From positions 1 to 43,850 of IMG/VR virus record IMGVR_UViG_3300044852_000033: a stretch of DNA of 43,850 nt; one strand, given 5' to 3'. The translations under genes and the position numbers were made by a program. This DNA comes from a virus. Taxonomy: Duplodnaviria; Caudoviricetes. The notes under the pieces were generated by a model. It did no database searches and was not told the origin of the DNA. It saw only the letters and a list, made by a program, of their open reading frames with translations. The stretch's first letter is position 1. Each line of letters begins with the position of its first letter. This document shows, one piece after another, positions 25,589 through 32,517 of this stretch.

Positions 25589-26485
25589 ATGAATTATTTT
25601 CCATTCCACATCGGCGACTTTGACCGGGCGACGCGGCACCTGACCCGCATCGAGCGCAGCATTTACGTCGACCTGATCCTGCTCTACTACGACACGGAAA
25701 AAGCCCTGACGGCCGACCTGCTGGCGCTGTGCCGCAAGGTGGTCGCGCGCACGGATGACGAAAAGATTGCCGTCACCGCAGTCCTGGCCGAGTTCTTCAT
25801 CGAAACGCCGCTCGGCTGGTTCCATGAGCGCTGCGAGGAGGTCATTGCCGATTACCGCAAGAACATCAACCAGGCTTCGCTCGCCGGCCAGGCATCGGCC
25901 AAGGCGCGCGCCGAACGCAAGGCCGCTGCACTAGCGCCGAACGTAAGTCCTACCGGAGAAGAACGCCGGTTGAACGAAAATCCAACGGACGTTGAACGGT
26001 CGTTGAACCGACGTTTAACGGACGTGGTACGGGAAGCCAACGGAACGTCAACGGAAGGGCAACCAACCAATAACCAAGAACCAATAACCAATAACCAGAA
26101 ATCAAAGAAGAACAAAAGCGCACCGCCTGCCGGCGATGCCGACTTGTTCCCTGGGGTTGATGCGCAAGTGGTTTCCGACTTCAAGGCCCTGCGCGCAAAG
26201 AAGCGGGCGACGGTCACGGTAACGGCCATGCAAGAGATCGCCAAGCAGGCCGAGCTTGCCGGCATGAGCCTGGGCGACGCGCTGCGGGTCTGCTGCTCGC
26301 GGGGGTGGAGTGGGTTCAAGGCGGAGTGGGTGGCAACTGACCGGCGCCAGGGTGGCAGCAACGGCGCGGCGGCCGGGTCCAAGTTCAACGTGTCCGGCAT
26401 CGACCATAGCAGCACCAGGGCGGCGGCCGAGGCCAGCATCAAGAAACACAGAATCGTCATTCCTGACGGCGAAATTGAATTTTAG
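25589..26485 (+). CDS. YdaU/DUF1376-family replication initiator
   Basis: MNYFPFHIGDF..ATRHL...Y..L...YYDTEK; internal tandem repeats; C-terminal RGWSGFKAEW. Confidence 0.88.
   Translation: MNYFPFHIGDFDRATRHLTRIERSIYVDLILLYYDTEKALTADLLALCRKVVARTDDEKIAVTAVLAEFFIETPLGWFHERCEEVIADYRKNINQASLAGQASAKARAERKAAALAPNVSPTGEERRLNENPTDVERSLNRRLTDVVREANGTSTEGQPTNNQEPITNNQKSKKNKSAPPAGDADLFPGVDAQVVSDFKALRAKKRATVTVTAMQEIAKQAELAGMSLGDALRVCCSRGWSGFKAEWVATDRRQGGSNGAAAGSKFNVSGIDHSSTRAAAEASIKKHRIVIPDGEIEF
25940..26099 (+). repeat. Iteron array, probable replication origin
   Basis: Eleven in-phase 11-bp units (approximate consensus AACGGACGTTG) at 25940-26060, then five AACCA(A/G)N heptamers at 26065-26099. Confidence 0.8.
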
Positions 26486-26494
26486 GGGTAGCAC

Positions 26495-27244
26495 ATGGAA
26501 CACTTTGAAGATCTGGCAAGCAAGCTGTTCGGCGGCATGACCGCGCACGAAGGGGAGTGCCCGATTCATGGCAAGCGCTTCATGTACGTGCCGCGCACGG
26601 TCGAGTTCACCGAATGGCGTTGCAGCGAGTGCTCGATGATCGCCCACTCGCACGCCGAGGATATCCGGCGCCGCGAAGAACGCACCGAATGGCTGCTGCA
26701 TGTGTCGCAGGTGCCGAAGAAGTATCGGGGCGAGCGATTCAAGGCCACCACGGCCGCCCACAAGGCCGTGCGCGGCATCGTCAAGGCGTTCAGCGATACG
26801 ATCACGGCGGAGCGCTCCTGGGCCGCCCTGGTGCTTGTGGGAGCGGTCGGCACCGGCAAGACACTGCTCGCTTCCGAGCTGGCCGAGGCGCTGATTAAAA
26901 ACCATTCGATCACGGTGCGTTACTGCACGGCCAAGCAGATGATCGCCGAGATCCAGTCGTCGTATGGCGTCGACGGCAAGAGCGAGGAAGGCGAGATCTT
27001 GCGCTTCGTACAATTCGACCTGCTGATCCTCGATGAGATCGACGCCAAGCGCGACACCGACTCGGCGAACCTGCTGCTGACGGAAGTAATTAACCGCCGC
27101 TACAACGAAGAAAAGCCGGTCGCCGTCATCACCAACCAGTCGTTCAATGGCCTGGCCGAGTTCGTCGGCACGCGCGTCGACGACCGCCTGCATGAGAATT
27201 CGTTCGTGTGTTCGTTCGATTGGCCGAGCTTCCGCCGCCAATAA
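26495..27244 (+). CDS. DnaC/IstB-like helicase loader ATPase
   Basis: CPIHG..CSEC zinc motif, Walker A GAVGTGKT, Walker B LLILDE, RRYN. Confidence 0.92.
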   Translation: MEHFEDLASKLFGGMTAHEGECPIHGKRFMYVPRTVEFTEWRCSECSMIAHSHAEDIRRREERTEWLLHVSQVPKKYRGERFKATTAAHKAVRGIVKAFSDTITAERSWAALVLVGAVGTGKTLLASELAEALIKNHSITVRYCTAKQMIAEIQSSYGVDGKSEEGEILRFVQFDLLILDEIDAKRDTDSANLLLTEVINRRYNEEKPVAVITNQSFNGLAEFVGTRVDDRLHENSFVCSFDWPSFRRQ

Positions 27245-27256
27245 CCGGAGAAAATC

Positions 27257-27439
27257 ATGGCAGATTACCGCACCGAAGCGCAGAGCGCGCACCCGTACAA
27301 CGCTGTCGGCGGGCGCGATCACCTGGCCTGGGCCAAGCAGATCATGTACCGCGACGAGCGCAAGTGTTCCGACCTGAGCGCGCACCAGGTCAAGGAAGCA
27401 AAAATGGCGCTGGGCATCGACCAGCCGAAAAAACCATAA
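27257..27439 (+). CDS. Hypothetical protein
   Basis: 60 aa, GGAG RBS. Confidence 0.7.
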   Translation: MADYRTEAQSAHPYNAVGGRDHLAWAKQIMYRDERKCSDLSAHQVKEAKMALGIDQPKKP

Positions 27440-27451
27440 CCGAAAGAGACC

Positions 27452-27664
27452 ATGCTGAAAAAATACATTCCCACCGTCGACCCGGATCCGTTCCACGAAC
27501 ACGCGCTCCAGTACGTGCGGCGCGATGACGACCCCTCAACCGCCGGCCTGGCGCGCGAGCTGGGCATCAACATCGGCCGCGCGGCGAACCTGATGCGCAT
27601 GCTGGTCGAGGAAAACATCATTTCCGAGATCGGGGAAGATGGCCGGCGCCGGGTGATCGCATGA
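27452..27664 (+). CDS. Stand-alone FtsK gamma-like winged-helix protein
   Basis: DPFHEHALQYV...STAGLARELGINIGRAANLMRMLVEENIIS...GRRRV. Confidence 0.7.
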   Translation: MLKKYIPTVDPDPFHEHALQYVRRDDDPSTAGLARELGINIGRAANLMRMLVEENIISEIGEDGRRRVIA

Positions 27665-28947
27665 GCGCCGTCACCTTCGGCAGCGTGTGCAGCGGCATCG
27701 AGGCGGCCAGCGTCGCATGGAACCCGCTGGGCTGGAAAGCGGCATGGCTGGCCGAGATCGAGCCGTTTCCCTGCACGCTGCTGGCGCACCACTACCCCGA
27801 CGTGCCGAACCTGGGCGACATGACGAAGATCGCCCACCTGGTGCGCGACGGCTTTGTCCCGGCCCCGGACGTATTCACGGGCGGCACCCCATGCCAGGCA
27901 TTCAGCGTTGCGGGCCTGCGCAATTCCCTGGACGACGCACGCGGCAACCTTTCCCTGACCTTCTGCGAGATCGCAAATGAAATTGATGCACGACGAAAAT
28001 CAACTGGACTTCTTCCTGCCGTCATCGTTTGGGAAAACGTCCCCGGCGTCCTCAGCACCAAAGACAACGCCTTCGGCTGCTTCCTGGCTGGACTTGCCGG
28101 AGAAGATGATCCGCTCGTCCCGTCAGGGGATAAATGGACGGACGCGGGTTGTGTGTTTGGCCCCGAAAGAACAGTCGCGTGGCGCGTCCTCGATGCCCAA
28201 TACTTCGGCCTGGCCCAACGACGCCGCCGTGTGCTCGTTGTCGCAAGTGCTCGAGACGGGTTCGATCCCGCCGCAGTACTTTTTGAGTTCGACGGCGTGC
28301 GCCGGGATTCTGCGCCGCGCCGGCAACCGGGGCAAGACACTGCCGGCACCCTTGCAAGCCGCACTGGAGGCGGTGGCTTCCCGGGATCCGACGAAGCATG
28401 TAGCGGATACGTCCAGCCTGTAGTCTACGCCCCGGCCATCAGTCACTGCCTGAACGCTGGCGGCATGGGCCGTATCGACTACGAAACGGAATCGATGATC
28501 GTGGCGCCAGCGCCGACCGTATGCGTCACTGGCGACATCACCCATACCCTCAAGGCGGAAGGATTCGACGCTAGCGAGGATGGCACCGGGCGCGGCCAGC
28601 CGATCGTGGCAACGCCAGTGCTGTCGTTCCATGTGGATGCGCAAGTGGATCAAATGCGGTTCGATGAGCACACGGCAGCATCGTTGACCTGTTCGCAAAA
28701 GGCGGGCATATTCTCGAGTATGGCGGTTCGCCGCCTGACGCCGCGCGAGTGCGAGCGCCTGCAAGGCTTCCCCGACGACTACACGCTGATCCCGCTGCCC
28801 GACCGCCGCAGTGCCAAGACCGGCGACCGCCGCGCCGCGCCGCGCATGGCAGCGGACGGGCCGCGCTACAAGGCGCTCGGGAACAGCTGGGCGGTGACGA
28901 AATTCGCCTGGCTGGGCGCGCGCATCGACCGGGCGATGCAGGCATGA
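27661..28947 (+). CDS. DNA cytosine-C5 methyltransferase
   Basis: SVCSGIEA, GGTPCQAFS, WENVPG, QRRRRV, RRLTPRECERLQGF, YKALGNS. Confidence 0.95.
   Translation: MSAVTFGSVCSGIEAASVAWNPLGWKAAWLAEIEPFPCTLLAHHYPDVPNLGDMTKIAHLVRDGFVPAPDVFTGGTPCQAFSVAGLRNSLDDARGNLSLTFCEIANEIDARRKSTGLLPAVIVWENVPGVLSTKDNAFGCFLAGLAGEDDPLVPSGDKWTDAGCVFGPERTVAWRVLDAQYFGLAQRRRRVLVVASARDGFDPAAVLFEFDGVRRDSAPRRQPGQDTAGTLASRTGGGGFPGSDEACSGYVQPVVYAPAISHCLNAGGMGRIDYETESMIVAPAPTVCVTGDITHTLKAEGFDASEDGTGRGQPIVATPVLSFHVDAQVDQMRFDEHTAASLTCSQKAGIFSSMAVRRLTPRECERLQGFPDDYTLIPLPDRRSAKTGDRRAAPRMAADGPRYKALGNSWAVTKFAWLGARIDRAMQA
27977..28423 (+). CDS. Nested out-of-frame ORF, M.EcoHK31I beta-polypeptide-like
   Basis: CSLSQVLETG..PPQYFLSSTACAGILRRA..RGK.LP..L..AL; codon bias favours this frame at its start. 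Confidence 0.6.
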   Translation: MKLMHDENQLDFFLPSSFGKTSPASSAPKTTPSAASWLDLPEKMIRSSRQGINGRTRVVCLAPKEQSRGASSMPNTSAWPNDAAVCSLSQVLETGSIPPQYFLSSTACAGILRRAGNRGKTLPAPLQAALEAVASRDPTKHVADTSSL

Positions 28948-29183
28948 AGATCGAAAGCCGCGGCGTGACCTGCCTCGAGTGCGCCGGGCTTGACCTCAAG
29001 AAGTACGAGGAGCAGGCCAAGAACGGCTTCGGCTGGTGCGCCGCGGCCGAGCTGCCGCACTTTGTCTCGGTACGGATGGCGAGGAACTGCTTTGACTTCG
29101 CCCCTGCTGCGCCCGATGTGGTGGAAAAACGCCAGCGCTGGGCCGATAAAATGCCGCTGTTCATGCGTCAACCTGACGTATAA
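28944..29183 (+). CDS. Small Cys-rich hypothetical protein
   Basis: ATGA overlap; CLEC...GFGWC...C. Confidence 0.7.
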   Translation: MKIESRGVTCLECAGLDLKKYEEQAKNGFGWCAAAELPHFVSVRMARNCFDFAPAAPDVVEKRQRWADKMPLFMRQPDV

Positions 29184-29216
29184 TCAACTATTAACATATC
29201 GACGGGCGGGGATGCT

Positions 29217-29399
29217 ATGCCGGAATTCAATGTGTGGTACGACGGGATGATCGTCGAGCATGTACGCGCCGAGAATCTGCTCAAGGCCAGGCAGATGGCA
29301 AAGGCCATGTTTTCCCGGCCTGTCGTCGTGACGCCGCTCAAGGTGTCGCCCGAGGAAACGGAGAAGGCGCGGGCCGAATCCGTGGCGCTGGCGGGGTAA
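29217..29399 (+). CDS. Hypothetical protein
   Basis: 60 aa, GGGGA upstream. Confidence 0.55.
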   Translation: MPEFNVWYDGMIVEHVRAENLLKARQMAKAMFSRPVVVTPLKVSPEETEKARAESVALAG

Positions 29400-29402
29400 G
29401 AC

Positions 29403-29687
29403 ATGGGCATGGGAATATCCAAACGGATGAAGCGGGCGCGAGAACTGCTGGCAAGCGGGAAGGCCAAGACAAAGGCCGAGGCCGCGCGCCTGACCGGCCT
29501 GTCCAAATCGGCGCTGACGATCGACCCGGAATGCCGGCGCCTGACCGCCGGGCCGACGCGGGTACAGAGGGCGCTCGAACTGATGGCCGAGGGGGTGAGC
29601 ATGAGCGAGGCGGCCGAACTGGTGGGCGTGCGCCCGAATTCGATCTACAACTACAAGAGCGCGCAGCGCAAGAAGGAAACCGCATGA
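29403..29687 (+). CDS. Double HTH protein
   Basis: TKAEAARLTGLSKSAL and SMSEAAELVGVRPNSIY. Confidence 0.75.
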   Translation: MGMGISKRMKRARELLASGKAKTKAEAARLTGLSKSALTIDPECRRLTAGPTRVQRALELMAEGVSMSEAAELVGVRPNSIYNYKSAQRKKETA

Positions 29688-29815
29688 GGACGAAACCGCA
29701 ATCGATCCCCTACGCGCCACGGCGCACGAAGAATGACCGCCTCGCCTTTGCCGCGCGCCTGGTGCTGGCCGCTGTGCTGGTGATGGTGGGCCTCTTGACC
29801 TGGCTCTTGCCATAG
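29684..29815 (+). CDS. Small membrane protein (43 aa)
   Basis: ATGA overlap, AAGGA RBS, C-terminal hydrophobic helix. Confidence 0.6.
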   Translation: MRTKPQSIPYAPRRTKNDRLAFAARLVLAAVLVMVGLLTWLLP

Positions 29816-29830
29816 CAGGATATCCGGTTC

Positions 29831-29914
29831 GCCAGAGGAAACAACCCCTATCTGAACAGCCAATCCCGGCATAAACTCAGAGTTTCGGGGGAAACTGGGG
29901 TTGTTTCCTCTGGC
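29831..29914. repeat. Perfect 18-bp inverted repeat with 48-nt spacer
   Basis: GCCAGAGGAAACAACCCC (29831-29848) / GGGGTTGTTTCCTCTGGC (29897-29914). Confidence 0.92.
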
Positions 29915-29924
29915 ATACTGGCAA

Positions 29925-30019
29925 TGGCGCCGGGCGGTGGTCGGCAAATTTTTATAACGCCACCGTGCGGGATGATTATTGACCCAAGGAATCCGGCCAT
30001 GGAAGGCCGCCCGGCGCCA
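29925..30019. repeat. Perfect 13-bp inverted repeat with 69-nt spacer
   Basis: TGGCGCCGGGCGG (29925-29937) / CCGCCCGGCGCCA (30007-30019). Confidence 0.88.
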
Positions 30020-30020
30020 A

Positions 30021-30632
30021 CTACCCGCGAGGTTTCAGCCACAATACCGGGCTCGCCCACGCCACCGCGACATTTTCCATCAGCCGCCCGCCGGCAAACA
30101 TCAAGTTGTACTTCTCCGCCTGGTAGCCACGCTCCAGCGTCGCCATGTGCAGCACGCCATCGACTCCCGTGATGACGGCCATGCAGCCCAGCGCCAGCTC
30201 GGGCGCGCCATGCCGCTCCGACAAGAACGCGAGCCAGCCGTCCAGGTGATGCAGGTCCGAGCCGACTGTATGGTATTGCAGCGCGACGGCATCATGGGGC
30301 AAGTCCGCCGGCCCGATCACCGGCTCGCCCACCCGGCGCAGCGTCACGGTCGCATTGCGCTCGACGACACCGGCCAAGCGCACCCGGCGCACGCCATCGG
30401 TCACGTCCACGCCAAGGTTGCGCATCACTTCCGCCGTCGGAACCATCAACTGCTGCGCGATGTCGTTCACTTCGCTCGGCGTCGCGCGCCGCTGCCCGGC
30501 CAGCACCAGGCTCATCGTCGCCGGATCCCGTCCTAAATGCTTCGATAGCGCACGCATGGACAAGTGGCGCTCCTGCATCCGGGCCAGGAACCAGTTCTTG
30601 TTAATCTTTCCTTGCGTAACTTGTTCTCTCAT
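30021..30632 (-). CDS. CI-like repressor: HTH plus degenerate S24-like domain
   Basis: LSMRALSKHLGRDPATMSLVLAGQRR; C-terminal ..DGWLAF..LERG..YNL..AWASPVLWLKP; AGAGGA RBS. Confidence 0.75.
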   Translation of the reverse strand: MREQVTQGKINKNWFLARMQERHLSMRALSKHLGRDPATMSLVLAGQRRATPSEVNDIAQQLMVPTAEVMRNLGVDVTDGVRRVRLAGVVERNATVTLRRVGEPVIGPADLPHDAVALQYHTVGSDLHHLDGWLAFLSERHGAPELALGCMAVITGVDGVLHMATLERGYQAEKYNLMFAGGRLMENVAVAWASPVLWLKPRG

Positions 30633-30857
30633 GGCATCCTCTTGTGGGCTTGAAATTAGTAAAATAAATATAACACCATCGCATTGGGATTGTGCGTATA
30701 AAAGCGGCACGCGCGGCACAGTCCTACAACGCCATGTTGCGCCGCTCCTACAAGAACAGCCCCGCGATTGGCGCCCGCGATGACAAAAGCGCACGCCGCA
30801 GCAACAAAGCGTTTCCCGCATGCTAGAGTTTGACACCATCATCCACCGGAGAGAGAC

Positions 30858-31067
30858 TTGAACCTGAGCCCTGAAGTCGAATTGATCGAAAGCATCAAAG
30901 TCGCAACCAACGTCCGCGGCGCCGCACTGGAAGAACGCCAGGCCCCGCGCGACACCAGCGACCGGGAAGGCGACACCATCGCCGCGATCGGCCGCATGAT
31001 GATCGAACTGGACCAGGAGGCCCGCGAGCGCGTCGCCCTCTGGACCGCAGGCAAGTACGGCGCTTAA
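30858..31067 (+). CDS. Hypothetical protein
   Basis: 69 aa, TTG start with GGAGAG RBS. Confidence 0.6.
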   Translation: MNLSPEVELIESIKVATNVRGAALEERQAPRDTSDREGDTIAAIGRMMIELDQEARERVALWTAGKYGA

Positions 31068-31124
31068 CGCCACCGCGCCAGGAATGGCGCTTTCTTTTCC
31101 ACTGGATGATGGAGAAATCGCAAC

Positions 31125-31340
31125 ATGAAGAATTTTTACGTTCGCATTGCCGCAGCCATGCTGATCTCGACCGCCGTGCTGGCCCTGTGCTGGTTCGTGC
31201 TCAAGTTCTGCCCGCTCGTCATTACCGCGTTCGGCGTGTGGCTGCTCGCCGTCCTGGCTGCATGTGCGATGTTGTTGATCTACGCATGGGCACTCGACCA
31301 GCCGCTCAACGATTGGGTGTTCGATCATGTCAACGACTGA
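31125..31340 (+). CDS. Small two-TM membrane protein
   Basis: 71 aa, hydrophobic, GGAG RBS. Confidence 0.65.
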   Translation: MKNFYVRIAAAMLISTAVLALCWFVLKFCPLVITAFGVWLLAVLAACAMLLIYAWALDQPLNDWVFDHVND

Positions 31341-31872
31341 GAAGCCGCTGACGCCAAAGCAGGCCGCTTTCGTGCGGGAGTACCTGATTGACCTGAACGC
31401 CACGCAGGCGGCCATCCGTGCGGGTTACAGCGCCAAAACGGCACAAGAGATCGGATCGGAAAACTTATCCAAACCTATTATTGCCAAAGCGATACAGGAA
31501 GCGATGGGAAAACGCGCCGAGAAGCTGGAGATCACGGCCGACCGCGTGCTGGCCGAGCTGGCGAAAATGGCCTTCTTCGACCCGCGCAAGCTGTTCGCGC
31601 CGGATGGTTCGCCGGTCTCGATCCAGGACCTTGACGACGACACCGCCGCCGCTGTGGCCGGGCTCGACGTGCTGGAGGAATACCGCGGATCCGGCGATGA
31701 GCGCGAATTCGTCGGCTACACCAAGAAAATCAAGCTCGCGGATAAACGCGGCGCCCTGGTCGACCTGGGCCGGCATCTGAAACTGTTCACCGACAAGATC
31801 GAATTCACCGACTCATCGGGCCTGGCTGAACGCATGGCACGCTCGCGCGAACGCGCAAAGGGGAAAGCATGA
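31327..31872 (+). CDS. terS: Terminase small subunit
   Basis: LTPKQAAFVREYLIDLNATQAAIRAGYS..TA..IGSENLSKP. Confidence 0.95.
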   Translation: MSTTEKPLTPKQAAFVREYLIDLNATQAAIRAGYSAKTAQEIGSENLSKPIIAKAIQEAMGKRAEKLEITADRVLAELAKMAFFDPRKLFAPDGSPVSIQDLDDDTAAAVAGLDVLEEYRGSGDEREFVGYTKKIKLADKRGALVDLGRHLKLFTDKIEFTDSSGLAERMARSRERAKGKA

Positions 31873-32084
31873 GCATCGAAGCACTGAGCAAGCAGGTCCA
31901 GATCCTGACGGCCGAGAACGAGCGCCTGCGCACCGCCGGCCTGCACGTGCACCTGAACCTGCCCGAAGGCTGGCACGCGGTCCCGGAGCACGCCACCGAC
32001 AAGATGATCGTCGCCGCCAGCAAGGGCTCGAGCACGGCCGACAAGTTCCGCCGCATGATCTACGCCGCGCCGAAGCTTGCATGA
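31869..32084 (+). CDS. Hypothetical protein
   Basis: 71 aa, PEGWHAVPEHATDKMI, ATGA overlap. Confidence 0.65.
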   Translation: MSIEALSKQVQILTAENERLRTAGLHVHLNLPEGWHAVPEHATDKMIVAASKGSSTADKFRRMIYAAPKLA

Positions 32085-32236
32085 TGCGCAAACAACGCGG
32101 GTACATGAATCTGGACTTGGGCGGCCTGATCGTCGCGGTCGTCGTTGTCGTGGCTCTGATCGCCGCGCCTCTCGGCTGGCTGCTGATCGAGGGCTGCATC
32201 TGGCTCGCGCATCACGTCACGATCGGATTCAAATGA
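32081..32236 (+). CDS. Small membrane protein (51 aa, not in ORF track)
   Basis: MMRKQRGYMNLDLGGLIVAVVVVVALIAAPLGWLL...; ATGA overlaps at both ends. Confidence 0.7.
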   Translation: MMRKQRGYMNLDLGGLIVAVVVVVALIAAPLGWLLIEGCIWLAHHVTIGFK

Positions 32237-32394
32237 GCATCGTTCGCATCGTCCTGATGCTGGTGCTGCTCGCTGGCTGCTCCCCGGACATTCCGCACAA
32301 GACCGCCGTGAAGATCATCGAGGCGTGCGATGAGGCTGGAATGAAGTACCAGATTCGCGGGAGTCAGATCACATGCTGGATGCCGGCCAAATGA
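32233..32394 (+). CDS. Small lipoprotein 1 (53 aa)
   Basis: MSIVRIVLMLVLLAG-C lipobox. Confidence 0.75.
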   Translation: MSIVRIVLMLVLLAGCSPDIPHKTAVKIIEACDEAGMKYQIRGSQITCWMPAK

Positions 32395-32513
32395 CACGCG
32401 CCATCTTGATCTTGTTGGTGCTGCTCGCTGGCTGTGGCGCCGGCAGCAACACGCCCGACTTCAAGGCCGGCGGCGCATTGGTGAAATGCGAGCCGGCGCC
32501 GTGCGGGAAGTAA
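32391..32513 (+). CDS. Small lipoprotein 2 (40 aa, not in ORF track)
   Basis: MTRAILILLVLLAG-C lipobox; ATGA overlap. Confidence 0.7.
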   Translation: MTRAILILLVLLAGCGAGSNTPDFKAGGALVKCEPAPCGK

Positions 32514-32517
32514 GCGC

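Noticed and set aside
25940-26099. CRISPR array
   Set aside because: The units are contiguous degenerate 11-mers without spacers, inside a coding gene.
29173-29200. dif-like site (CGTATAA ... TTAACATA)
   Set aside because: The XerD-like arm is in the wrong orientation relative to the XerC-like arm.
29845-29900. Hammerhead ribozyme-like junction
   Set aside because: The core reads CUGAACA rather than CUGAnGA, and the GAAA is not correctly placed.
29929-30019. tRNA-like element (7-bp stem plus GCCA end)
   Set aside because: No TTCRA T-loop or canonical D and anticodon arms; the CCA is part of a longer perfect inverted repeat.
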